DNA of 64,000 nt, from the NCBI GenBank assembly GCA_026707585.1, contig JAPOWQ010000069.1:2035-66034 (forward strand). Direction: 5' to 3'. Within the stretch, counting starts at the first letter, position 1. Every line of letters begins with the position of its first letter. This DNA comes from Chloroflexota bacterium (GTDB taxonomy: Bacteria; Chloroflexota; UBA11872). The position numbers and the translations under genes were made by a program. Under the pieces are notes generated by a model. The model did not search any database, was not told the DNA's origin, and worked only from the letters and a program-made list of their open reading frames with translations. Shown here in pieces: positions 46,932-55,715 of this stretch.

Positions 46932-47026
46932 GGAGGTGGACGGGGCCGGGTGGTCCTCGCGGTCTTCAAAACCGTTGTGGGGCGCTGGTGAGCGTTCCAG
47001 GTGGGTTCGACTCCCATGCACCTCCG
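46932..47026 (+). tRNA. selC: tRNA-Sec (anticodon UCA)
   Basis: 95 nt. The anticodon arm CGGT-CTTCAAA-ACCG has UCA at 46966-46968. The long variable arm is GGGGCGCT-GGTG-AGCGTTCC (8 bp). The T arm is GTGGG-TTCGACT-CCCAT. The acceptor is GGAGGTG(G)/(G)CACCTCC with discriminator G. The layout parallels E. coli selC. No CCA is encoded. Confidence 0.8.
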
Positions 47027-47172
47027 CCCGGGAGTCCCCTCAGCGAGCGAGGGGCCGCACACACCAACGCGCGGCGCGGCATCCGCGACCGCGCCTGTGT
47101 CTCGCGACGGTCAAGGCTCCCTCAACGCGAGCAGCAGTACCGCCCAAAGTGTCCCAGGACGCTCACCTCGGC

Positions 47173-47682
47173 TCAGCTGGGGTCGTCAGGCTCCGTTTGC
47201 TCTGAGTAGCGCGCTGCGTTGACCTTGACCTTTTGCACAGTGCGAAGGAATCCTTCGAGTTCGTCCCGCGTGACCCCGTCCAGGAGCGCGGTGTCAATGA
47301 CCTTCATCCGTTGCGCAATCTCCGGGAATAAGGCTCGGGCGTCGTCCGTAAACGTCAGACGCACGATGCGCCGGTCACGCTCAAGCCGCTGCCGTTGAAG
47401 CAGGCCGAGCCGCACCAACTGTTCCACATTGCGGCTCACGGTCGCGGAGTCGACCGGAAGGACTTGTGACAGCGCCGTGGCCGTGGCGCCCTCAGTGCGG
47501 GAGCAGTTTTGAAGGATGGCCCACTGGACCGGCACGATCCTGAACGGTGCCAGTACGTCGCCAGCCAGCTTCGAGTAGGCGATGACGACGGCGCTGGCCA
47601 TAGGGCCTAACGGTCCGGTGGGCTCCCTCTGCTCTTCCGCCACAACGCACCCCGCGTCCTCGCCGGTCGCTGTTCGTCTCAA
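47173..47682 (-). CDS. MarR-family transcriptional regulator
   Basis: A winged-helix core: ATALSQVLPVDSATVSRNVEQLVRLGLLQRQRLERDRRIVRLTFTDDA. The ATG at 47601 is a likelier start than the TTG at 47682. Confidence 0.8.
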   Translation of the reverse strand: MRRTATGEDAGCVVAEEQREPTGPLGPMASAVVIAYSKLAGDVLAPFRIVPVQWAILQNCSRTEGATATALSQVLPVDSATVSRNVEQLVRLGLLQRQRLERDRRIVRLTFTDDARALFPEIAQRMKVIDTALLDGVTRDELEGFLRTVQKVKVNAARYSEQTEPDDPS

Positions 47683-47690
47683 TCGGACTC

Positions 47691-47719
47691 ATAGTAGTTG
47701 TCTTAGCACTCATTGTCAA
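47691..47719 (-). promoter_or_regulatory. Near-consensus sigma70-type promoter for the marR-like gene
   Basis: On the minus strand: TTGACA (47719-47714), a 17-nt spacer, then TACTAT (47696-47691). It lies in an AT-rich patch just upstream of the MarR ORF. Confidence 0.45.
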
Positions 47720-47987
47720 GAGCATCGAATGTTTGTGCATCAGGTTTGGGCGCGCTCCGGTAGCTGAGGGGAGCCGCAGAGGCCCAGCCTATTGGGCAAC
47801 CAAGCTCAGGCCAACGCGCGACGCGGGCCGGCACAGGGAGGACTCGCGGCGAATCCCTGGCTGCCAACGTCCCCGCCTGTTCCACGTGCCGCGTTCAGCT
47901 CGTGCGGTTCGCTAGGGGACGGATGACGATCTAGGCTGCCGCTGCCTGGGCGCAGCACGTCTGGGGTGATGGCAAGCGAGGCGTTCC

Positions 47988-49289
47988 ATGCCCGTCGCCG
48001 GCGACTACAGGTGCTTCAGCGACGACTGGCGTCGCACAAACCCCGATCTGGTCCTCTTCCTTCCCAGGCAGCCGCCGCAGTTCGTGGAGGCCGTGGATCA
48101 CGTGCTGGTGGACGTGACGCCGGGTGGCGACCTGCTGGCCGTCTGGACTTTCGGTGCCAAGGCTGACGCGTCGGACCAAACCGTGCTCTACGCGCGCAGC
48201 GAGGATGGCGGCCGCACCTGGTCCAGGCCCGGCGAGTTCGACCCGCCGGGCCCGAAGTATGGCCAGGTGGCCTGCTTCGGGTTTCCGGTGATCAGCCGCA
48301 CGGGCCGCATCTACGTCTTCTACAACAAGGCTGCCGGCGTCGGAACCAACTACACCTCCAGCTTCCTGCGCTGCAGCTACTCCGACGATGACGGTCGCAG
48401 CTGGATGCCGGGCAACGTGGACATCCCATATCGGCGAAGCCTCCTCAGCCACCCCGACCCGAGCGTGGGCACCAACGCCCTGGTGTGGCAGAAGCCAATC
48501 CGGGACGCGCGGGACCGCTGGCTCGTGGGCTACACCGAGTGGTCGTCGCTGGCGGCCGAACGGCCGCTGGCCGTGCGCAAGCCGGATAGCTCGGCAAAAG
48601 ACTTCAACAGTGAGTGCCGCTGCGGCTTCATGCGCTTCGACAATATCGACGAAGGGCCCGAGCCTCGAGACGCGCAAATCACCTGGCTCCCGGACGGCAA
48701 CGAGCTCATTTCGGTTCCCATCACAACCGATCCGGATGCGCCGGCAGATCTTTCCTTCTGCCAGGAACCGGCCGTCGCGCTGCTGCCCGATGATCGCCTG
48801 TTCACGGTGATGCGCACTCGCAACGGACAGATCTGGTACACGGTGTCCGACGACCACGGCCGCTCGTGGCGGCCAACGGAAATGCTGCGTTACAGCGACG
48901 GGGCATCTCCCCTGGAGAATCCCGTGTCACCAACGCCGCTCTTTCGATTGCGGGACGGCCGTTACTTGCAGTTCCTCCAGAATCACGATGGTTGGGGACA
49001 CGGGGCTGCAGGGCCAACCGACAGCACACGTACACGGCGGCCCCAATTCATTTCAGTCGGCGAGTTCCGGCCCGCGGCGCACCAGCCCATCTGGTTCAGT
49101 GAGCCGAAGTTTCTCTTCGACACCGACGGCGTCGGCGTGCCGCCGTTCTACCGCCCGTGGCTCTCCATGTACGCCAGCCTGACCGAGCACAACGGCGAGC
49201 GGGTCCTCTGGTACTCGGACCGCAAGATGTTCGGGCTCGGGCGCTTCATCACCGACGACATGCTGGCCGGGATGACGGTCCCGTCCTGA
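47988..49289 (+). CDS. BNR/Asp-box repeat exo-alpha-sialidase-like protein (third paralogue)
   Basis: Asp-boxes are SEDGGRTW, SDDDGRSW and SDDHGRSW. 433 aa, with no signal peptide seen. Confidence 0.7.
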   Translation: MPVAGDYRCFSDDWRRTNPDLVLFLPRQPPQFVEAVDHVLVDVTPGGDLLAVWTFGAKADASDQTVLYARSEDGGRTWSRPGEFDPPGPKYGQVACFGFPVISRTGRIYVFYNKAAGVGTNYTSSFLRCSYSDDDGRSWMPGNVDIPYRRSLLSHPDPSVGTNALVWQKPIRDARDRWLVGYTEWSSLAAERPLAVRKPDSSAKDFNSECRCGFMRFDNIDEGPEPRDAQITWLPDGNELISVPITTDPDAPADLSFCQEPAVALLPDDRLFTVMRTRNGQIWYTVSDDHGRSWRPTEMLRYSDGASPLENPVSPTPLFRLRDGRYLQFLQNHDGWGHGAAGPTDSTRTRRPQFISVGEFRPAAHQPIWFSEPKFLFDTDGVGVPPFYRPWLSMYASLTEHNGERVLWYSDRKMFGLGRFITDDMLAGMTVPS

Positions 49290-49329
49290 CTGGAGGGGGC
49301 GCTATGCAGCACGGAAGCTGCGGCGCTGC

Positions 49330-49653
49330 CTAGAAGTGCGACTTGTCCGGGTGCCCGTCGATCGGAACCATGTGGTAGCGCACGACATCCGACGGACCGG
49401 CTCGGTGCTCGGCCGCCAGTTCGCTGAAGGCCTTCATGTGCGGCGCGGCCGCGTGGGCCGCCAGGTGTTCCTCCGACTCCCAGCGCTCGATCACGACCAG
49501 GGCGTCGGGATTGTCGATGCCCCGGTGGTACGTGTAGTGCAGGCAACCGTCTTCCTCATGCACGTTGCGCACGTTGTCCTGCATCTTGCGGATCAGTGCG
49601 TCGGTGTGACCCGGCTTCGGGTAGATGGTGGCGACTACGGTGACTTCGGGCAT
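49330..49653 (-). CDS. Antibiotic-biosynthesis-monooxygenase (ABM) domain protein
   Basis: MPEVTVVATIYPKPGH...CLHYTYHRG..DALVVIERWESEEHLAAHAAAPHMKAF is the ferredoxin-like ABM pattern. The ATG is at 49653. Confidence 0.7.
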   Translation of the reverse strand: MPEVTVVATIYPKPGHTDALIRKMQDNVRNVHEEDGCLHYTYHRGIDNPDALVVIERWESEEHLAAHAAAPHMKAFSELAAEHRAGPSDVVRYHMVPIDGHPDKSHF

Positions 49654-49794
49654 TGCGACCCTCCAGGGCGGCACGGAGGCGTGCACGGCGTCGGCAGTGT
49701 AGGGGGCAGAGACGAGTGCGGCGCACCGATCATGCATCCGCTGCCCGACGGCCCGGCTGGGCCGCGGGAATCTCGGATCTAGCCCGCTCGCGGC

Positions 49795-51453
49795 CTACCT
49801 GTCGTAGAGCCGTGCCTCTGGCGCCATCGACAGTTCGCGCGTCTCGGCGGTGCTCACGTCCACCACGGCAGGCTGCCCCTCGTTCACGGCATGCAGGGCA
49901 CGCATGAGCGCTGGTCGCAGGTCGCCGAGGGCGGACACCGACTCCGCATGGCATCCCAGCGCCGCGGCAACGCCGGCGTAGTCGCCGTGCAGCGTGGACG
50001 CGCCGAACTTCTCGATTGACTCCGGAATGTTCTTGTCGTATCCGCTGAAGATCGCGTCGTGCTTGATGACGCTGAGGATCGGCAGGTTTTCGCGCGCCGC
50101 CGTCTCCCAGTCCATGCCGGTCATCCCCACGGCCCCGTCGCCCATGACGTTGACGACGGTCTTGTCCGGGTTGGCCATCTTCGCGCCCATCGCCAGCCCA
50201 ATGGAGAACCCAAGCTGTGACGACTGTCCCCAGCCGAGATAGCTGCGGGGAACGGTGGACTGGTAAAACACGCTCTGGATGTCGCGCGACGCGCCGGACT
50301 CGTGCGTCAGCATGGTCGTGTCCGGATCCAGCACGCTCCAGAGTTCACGCAGCATGCGGTAGGCATTGATTGGCTCTGAGTCGTCGTTGAAGTGCGCGGC
50401 GTAGTCCGCGAACCAGTTGCGCTTCATGGTGGCGATGTCGGCCGCGGTCTGCTGGCGCTGAGCTTCGCGGCCGTCGCCAACCCGCTTGCGCAGCTCGTCG
50501 GCCAACTGGCGCAGGAACAGCTTGGCGTCAGCCAGGATGGGTACGGCCGTCTCGTAGCTCTTGTTCAAGTCCACCGTGTCGTTCGTGGCGTGAATGATGG
50601 TCTTGCCCTCGGGCAGATCGGGCGTAAAGGACATGCGGCTGAGGCTGGAGCCGACGACCAGCACCGTGTCTGCCGTCTCCAGGTAGTGCGCCGCCATCGC
50701 CGTGCGTACGTACGCGCCGACGCCGGCGGAGAGTTCGTGCTTCTCGGAGATGGCGCTCTTGCCTTGCAGGGTGCTCATGACGGGGGCGCCCAGCAACTCG
50801 GCGACTTCCTGCAACTCGGCCGAAGCCTCCGCGTACAGCACGCCCTGGCCGGCCCAGATGAGGATGGAGCCGGCTCGCAGCAGCAGATCCGCGGCTTCGG
50901 ATACCGCCCCGCTGTCGGCGGCCGAGCGCGCGGGCCGGATCGGCGTGTAGTCCAGCGGTCCGACAAACTCTTCCGCGCAAACCTCCACCGGCATTTCCAA
51001 CATCACGGGACCGGGTCGGCCTGATCGCAGGGCGGTGAAGGCCATGCGCGCTCGCTGCGGAACCTCGGCCGCCGAGCCCACAACGGCCCCGTGGCGAATG
51101 GTGGCCTGGTAGTTGCGCACGCCCTCAAAGGCCGGGGGGACGCTGGTCTTCGGCATGCCGGGATGGCCGGGCACGAACAACACCGGCGTGGAGTCGGTGT
51201 AGGAGTGCGCGATTGCGGCAAAGGCGTTTTCCACGCCGGCCGATTGCTGCACGGTCCAGGTGCCAATCTCGCGTCCGTTCGTCGAACGGGAAACACCGTC
51301 GGCCATGTTGCCGGCCACCCGTTCCTGCCGGGTCAACAGGATGCGGAGATCGGCACGGGCCATGGCTTCCATGACCGGCGTATAGGGAAAGCAGAACACC
51401 TGCTTCACGCCTTCGGCTTTGAGGATCTGGACCAGGGCATCGGCGCCAGTCAC
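49795..51453 (-). CDS. Thiamine-pyrophosphate-dependent enzyme (acetolactate synthase large-subunit-like)
   Basis: TGADALVQILKAEGVKQVFCFP is the N-terminal TPP-Pyr domain. GDGAVGMTGMDWETAARENLPI is the GDG..N TPP-binding motif. The start is uncertain: GTG at 51453 or upstream, as far as 51522. Confidence 0.8.
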   Translation of the reverse strand: MTGADALVQILKAEGVKQVFCFPYTPVMEAMARADLRILLTRQERVAGNMADGVSRSTNGREIGTWTVQQSAGVENAFAAIAHSYTDSTPVLFVPGHPGMPKTSVPPAFEGVRNYQATIRHGAVVGSAAEVPQRARMAFTALRSGRPGPVMLEMPVEVCAEEFVGPLDYTPIRPARSAADSGAVSEAADLLLRAGSILIWAGQGVLYAEASAELQEVAELLGAPVMSTLQGKSAISEKHELSAGVGAYVRTAMAAHYLETADTVLVVGSSLSRMSFTPDLPEGKTIIHATNDTVDLNKSYETAVPILADAKLFLRQLADELRKRVGDGREAQRQQTAADIATMKRNWFADYAAHFNDDSEPINAYRMLRELWSVLDPDTTMLTHESGASRDIQSVFYQSTVPRSYLGWGQSSQLGFSIGLAMGAKMANPDKTVVNVMGDGAVGMTGMDWETAARENLPILSVIKHDAIFSGYDKNIPESIEKFGASTLHGDYAGVAAALGCHAESVSALGDLRPALMRALHAVNEGQPAVVDVSTAETRELSMAPEARLYDR

Positions 51454-51573
51454 GTCGTTCGTCCTTCCGCGCACGCGCTTCGGAGCGGTCGTGCGCCTAC
51501 CGTGACACGCAGCACCCGGCACGGCAACCGGAATAGGCCAACAGCCGATTCCGGCTGGCGTAAGCTCGCGCGC

Positions 51574-51861
51574 ATGTTCCGGGGAGGCCGCTGGCGCCGT
51601 ACGCTTGCAGTCAGCGCACTGGCATTCGGGGTAGTGCTGGCGGGCTCGTTCTTTCTGATCGAGAACGTACGCGCCGCCGGTGCAATCCTCATTGCGGTCA
51701 CCGTTGCCCTCGCCGCCTATCTCGCTCTCAACGCGCCCAACCCAAGCGGACGGCGCGGACAGTCCACGGGGGTGCTGGTGGCCAGCAGTGCCCTGGCAAT
51801 TGCCGTGGGAATCAGCGGGTTCGCTGCGGCCATTCTGCTGGTCGCGCTGAGTCGAACGTAG
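51574..51861 (+). CDS. Small membrane protein (hypothetical, 3 TM segments)
   Basis: The ATG at 51574 gives MFRGGRWRRTLAVSALAFGVVLAGSFFLI..., which is hydrophobic throughout. The longer track ORF from 51091 is antisense to the TPP enzyme. Confidence 0.4.
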   Translation: MFRGGRWRRTLAVSALAFGVVLAGSFFLIENVRAAGAILIAVTVALAAYLALNAPNPSGRRGQSTGVLVASSALAIAVGISGFAAAILLVALSRT

Positions 51862-51952
51862 TCAAAACAAGCCCAAAAAAACCACGCAAAAGCCGAAACT
51901 GGTGCGTCGGTTTGGGCTAGACTTCCAAGAATTTCGACCCCGACATACCACC

Positions 51953-52939
51953 ATGCACCTCACAGCCGAACAACTGGCCGACTTCGACCGTGACGGCTAC
52001 GTCATCGCCCGCGGCATCTTGTCCCCCGTAGAGGACCTGCAACCGGTCATGGACGAGTACGCCGAGATTCTCGACCGGGAAGCCGAGCGGATGTTTCGCG
52101 ACGGCGAGATTTCCAGCACCTATGCCGAGCTGCCCTTCGACCGGCGCACCATCGCCATTACCCGAGAGGCCGGACTGCTGGATCCGCAGGCATTCGACAT
52201 CACGATTCCAATCAACACCGCCCTGCTGAATCGGGAAACCAGGTACCACTTTGGGCCAGCCGTCTTTGCCCTGTTACGCAACGAGCGCTTGCTGGACGCC
52301 GTGGAGTCCCTGATTGGGCCCGAGATCACGTCCAACCCTGTCCAGCACGTGCGGATCAAGCCGCCGGAACGCTTTGTCACGAAGAACGAGGGGACCGGCC
52401 TGGTTACGACCACCGGCTGGCACCAGGACAACGGCGTGGTCCACGAGGAAGCCGACGACACCAACATGCTCACGGTCTGGTTGCCGCTCACCGAAGCTAC
52501 CGAGCGCAACGGGTGCCTGATGGTCGTGCCCGGAAGTTACAAGGACGGCCTGCAGGTGCACTGCACGATGCCCAACGAACGCGGGCTCAAGGCCACCACG
52601 ATTCCAACCCAGTTGATCCCCAAGGAACGCGCCAAGCCGCTGCCGATGTCGCCGGGCGACGTGCTCTTGATGCACAAGGGCTGCATGCACGCGTCGTTGA
52701 CTAACCACAGCGACGACGTCCGCTGGAGCTTTGATCTCAGGTATAACCCCACGGGTCAGTCCACCGGCCGCACCTACTTCCCAAGCTGGGTGGCGCGCAG
52801 CCGCGCGAACCCCGAGACGGAGTTGCGTGACGCGGCGGCCTGGGAACAGTCCTGGGTCGACACGATGAACCGCCTCATGGACAGCCCGGAGCCAATTCGC
52901 GCCCACCGCTGGGACAACAGCCACGAGCTTTGCGCCTGA
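51953..52939 (+). CDS. Phytanoyl-CoA dioxygenase (PhyH) family Fe(II)/2-oxoglutarate oxygenase
   Basis: MHLTAEQLADFDRDGYVIARGIL, WHQDNG (HxD) and a later H in MHKGCMHAS fit the PhyH family. Confidence 0.7.
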   Translation: MHLTAEQLADFDRDGYVIARGILSPVEDLQPVMDEYAEILDREAERMFRDGEISSTYAELPFDRRTIAITREAGLLDPQAFDITIPINTALLNRETRYHFGPAVFALLRNERLLDAVESLIGPEITSNPVQHVRIKPPERFVTKNEGTGLVTTTGWHQDNGVVHEEADDTNMLTVWLPLTEATERNGCLMVVPGSYKDGLQVHCTMPNERGLKATTIPTQLIPKERAKPLPMSPGDVLLMHKGCMHASLTNHSDDVRWSFDLRYNPTGQSTGRTYFPSWVARSRANPETELRDAAAWEQSWVDTMNRLMDSPEPIRAHRWDNSHELCA

Positions 52940-52981
52940 GTCGGCCGACCTGACCGCCAATCGCGGTCGCTCGGGAGGTAT

Positions 52982-53629
52982 CTAGGACGTCGGGCCGTCT
53001 CCGTACGCCAGCGTTTCACGCCAAGCGGCGGCGACTCGCTGTTGTAGATCCTGAAGATCGGTGCTGTTGTCAATACGCCACACCGGACGACCCGGACGGC
53101 GCGCCCTGAACAAGCCTTCCTTGGCGTCGGGCCTGGATTGCACAGCCAGGCGTCGGCGAGCCTCGGCAGCAGAGATTCGGCCGGTGGCCGTCGCGCGCTC
53201 TATCTGAACCTCGGGCGTCGCCTCAACAAGCCATAGCGCGTCCAGCCGATCGACGTTCGGTCCCTCGACGATCTTGATTGCCTCGATCACCGTCGCCGCC
53301 GCCACGGTGGATTCCGCAAGCAGTTCCGCCGTACGCTCGCCGACCCGCGGGTAGATGGTCGCTTCCAATCGGGCGAGTTCGGCCGGATCGTGGAATACGA
53401 TCCGCGCCAATGCCGCCCGGTCGGGGCGGCCGTCCAGCATGACCTCGGCGCCAAACGCGCGCTCGATGCTCAGCGCCAATTCGGGATCATTCGCCAGCAG
53501 GTCGCGCACTGTCTGGTCCGAATCGATCACACGTGCGCCCAACTCACCTGCAATCCGCCCAACGGTCGACTTCCCCGCTCCCAGGTTGCCGGTCAGGCCG
53601 ATCACCCTGTGATGGTCCGGCATCATCAC
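52982..53629 (-). CDS. coaE: Dephospho-CoA kinase
   Basis: VIGLTGNLGAGKSTVGRI is the P-loop at the N-terminus. The size and layout are typical of CoaE. Confidence 0.8.
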   Translation of the reverse strand: MMMPDHHRVIGLTGNLGAGKSTVGRIAGELGARVIDSDQTVRDLLANDPELALSIERAFGAEVMLDGRPDRAALARIVFHDPAELARLEATIYPRVGERTAELLAESTVAAATVIEAIKIVEGPNVDRLDALWLVEATPEVQIERATATGRISAAEARRRLAVQSRPDAKEGLFRARRPGRPVWRIDNSTDLQDLQQRVAAAWRETLAYGDGPTS

Positions 53630-53727
53630 GCCACGCTCCGGCCGCGGTCAGCAGTTCCGATGTCGAGCATACGGCGGCTATTGGACGCTGCCGCCCGCGG
53701 GCGTATGCTTGACCCACGCACACACGT

Positions 53728-53871
53728 GCCTTCGGGGCAGGGTGATCCCGGCGCCAGCGCCGCGAAATTCCCGACCGGCGGTGAGGCCCAGGGCCAAGCC
53801 CGCGAGCTGGCAAACGCTGGCTGATCCGGTGCGAATCCGGAGCCGACGGTACAGTCCGGAAGGGAGAAGGC
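53728..53871 (+). promoter_or_regulatory. FMN riboswitch (RFN element) upstream of the rib operon
   Basis: GCCTTCGGGGCAGGGTGA...AAATTCCCGACCGGCGGTGAGGCCCAGGGCCAAGCCCGCGAGC...GATCCGGTGCGAATCCGGAGCCGACGGTACAGTCCGGAAGGGAGAAGGC matches the conserved RFN core. P1 is GCCTTC/GAAGGC. It lies 125 nt upstream of ribD. Confidence 0.9.
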
Positions 53872-53995
53872 GCCGTGGGCGTGCGACGCGTGCACGCCTG
53901 CGCCCCGGCGGTTTGACGCGTCGGGGGCCCGCGACCTGACGACCGCCCTGAGCGAACGCCATAGCGCCCACGCCGCCGTGAGACACGAGTCCGCC

Positions 53996-55063
53996 ATGGC
54001 TCGTGCCCTGGAAGTGGCGCGCGAGGCGCGGGGCCGCACGCATCCCAATCCCCCGGTTGGCGCCGTGGTCGTCGGCGACGACGGGACGATTCTCGGCGAC
54101 GGCGCCACCCAACCAGCCGGAGGCCACCACGCCGAGGTCATGGCCCTGCGCGCCGCCGGTCCCCGTGCGCGCGGCGCCACGCTGGCCGTCACCCTCGAAC
54201 CCTGCAATCACCACGGGCACACCCCCCCGTGCACAGAGGCGATCCTTCGGGCCGGCATCAACCGCGTAGTCGCGGCGATTCCGGACACCAACCCCGGCGT
54301 ACGTGGCGGCGGCTTCGACTTTCTGCGCGGTCAGGGAGTGCAAGTCGTCACCGGTGTCGGCGCACGCGCGGCCAGCGACCTTGCGCAGGGACATTTCAAG
54401 CTCGCCGAAACCGGCCGGCCCCACGTCACCGCCAAATGGGCTGTGACATCGGACGGCAAGGTCGCCAGGCCGTCCGGCGGCGGTCGGATCACCGGAGACG
54501 CAGCCTGGCGGCTCGTCCACGAAATGCGCGACGCGGCCGATGCCATCATCACCGGCGTCGATTCGATTCTGATCGACGACTCACGTCTCACAGTTCGCCC
54601 TCCCCCTGCCGACGCCCGTCAGCCCCTCCGTGTGATCCTTGACTCGCATGCGCGCACCAGGCCGTCATCTCGAGTTGTTGGTCAGGACGGGAGAGCGCTG
54701 ATTCTGACGACAGCAGCCGCGCCACCGATGCACGTTCGTCAACTCAAAGAAGCCAGCGCTGAGGTGCTGACCTGTGCGCCTTCCGCCGCCGGGCACATCG
54801 ACATCGATGCGGCGCTGGACGTCCTTGGTGCGCTCCGTCTCTCGACCGTGCTGCTCGAAGCCGGACCGACGCTTACCGGTGCGGTACTGGCCGCCGGCGC
54901 TGTCGACAGCCTTGCGGTCTTCGTCGCGCCCTGGACCATGGGGGACGGTCTCTCAGCGCCCGCCGCGGTCGAAACGCTGCTGGCTCGCCCGCAGATGAGC
55001 CGAGTCGGCGAAGACACCCTGTTCGAGGGCGACCTGCATCGCTACGGACCGGCGGTGGACTGA
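53996..55063 (+). CDS. ribD: Bifunctional diaminohydroxyphosphoribosylaminopyrimidine deaminase / 5-amino-6-(5-phosphoribosylamino)uracil reductase
   Basis: NPPVGAVVV, HAEVMAL and TLEPCNHHGHTPPC are the CMP/dCMP deaminase zinc motif. A reductase domain follows. Confidence 0.9.
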   Translation: MARALEVAREARGRTHPNPPVGAVVVGDDGTILGDGATQPAGGHHAEVMALRAAGPRARGATLAVTLEPCNHHGHTPPCTEAILRAGINRVVAAIPDTNPGVRGGGFDFLRGQGVQVVTGVGARAASDLAQGHFKLAETGRPHVTAKWAVTSDGKVARPSGGGRITGDAAWRLVHEMRDAADAIITGVDSILIDDSRLTVRPPPADARQPLRVILDSHARTRPSSRVVGQDGRALILTTAAAPPMHVRQLKEASAEVLTCAPSAAGHIDIDAALDVLGALRLSTVLLEAGPTLTGAVLAAGAVDSLAVFVAPWTMGDGLSAPAAVETLLARPQMSRVGEDTLFEGDLHRYGPAVD

Positions 55064-55064
55064 G

Positions 55065-55715
55065 ATGTTCACCGGCATTGTGGAGGACCTCGGACGCGTG
55101 GTTCACCTCGAGGACGCCGAGGGCCTGCGCCGCTTCACCCTTCGATCGGACATCTGCTCCGACGGAGTACGTGTAGGTGACTCCATCGCCGTCAACGGCG
55201 CCTGCCTGACGGCCGTCAGCGTGGCTGCCAACGAAATATCGGTAGAAGCCATCCCCGAGACCCTGCGACTAACCAACCTCGGCCAGCTCGCCGTCGACAG
55301 TCTCGTCAACCTGGAACGCCCGCTCGCCTACGGCGACCGCATAGGCGGGCACTATGTGCAGGGCCACGTGGACGCTACCGCCGAACTAATCGAGCGCCAA
55401 CCTGACGGCGAGTCAGAAGTCGTGCGATTCACCGTTCCGTCCCGCCTCATGCAATACATCGTCTCCAAGGGCTTCGTAGCCCTCGACGGCGTCAGCCTGA
55501 CCGTGGTTGATCCCCGCGACGCGACCTTCGCGGTCGCTCTTATTCCCCACACCATCCGTTCGGTCACCCTGGGCGCCGCACCCATCGGGTATCGCGCCAA
55601 CCTCGAAGCCGACATCCTGGCCAAGTACGGAAGCGTGCCGGAGCCCGAGGATTCAAGCAGGCCCTCCATCGCCCAGTTGCGCGCGGCCGGCTACCGGCTG
55701 GACGCGACACGATGA
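55065..55715 (+). CDS. ribE: Riboflavin synthase (alpha chain)
   Basis: MFTGIVEDLGRV... with an internal duplicated lumazine-binding repeat (SLTV / CLTA). Confidence 0.9.
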   Translation: MFTGIVEDLGRVVHLEDAEGLRRFTLRSDICSDGVRVGDSIAVNGACLTAVSVAANEISVEAIPETLRLTNLGQLAVDSLVNLERPLAYGDRIGGHYVQGHVDATAELIERQPDGESEVVRFTVPSRLMQYIVSKGFVALDGVSLTVVDPRDATFAVALIPHTIRSVTLGAAPIGYRANLEADILAKYGSVPEPEDSSRPSIAQLRAAGYRLDATR

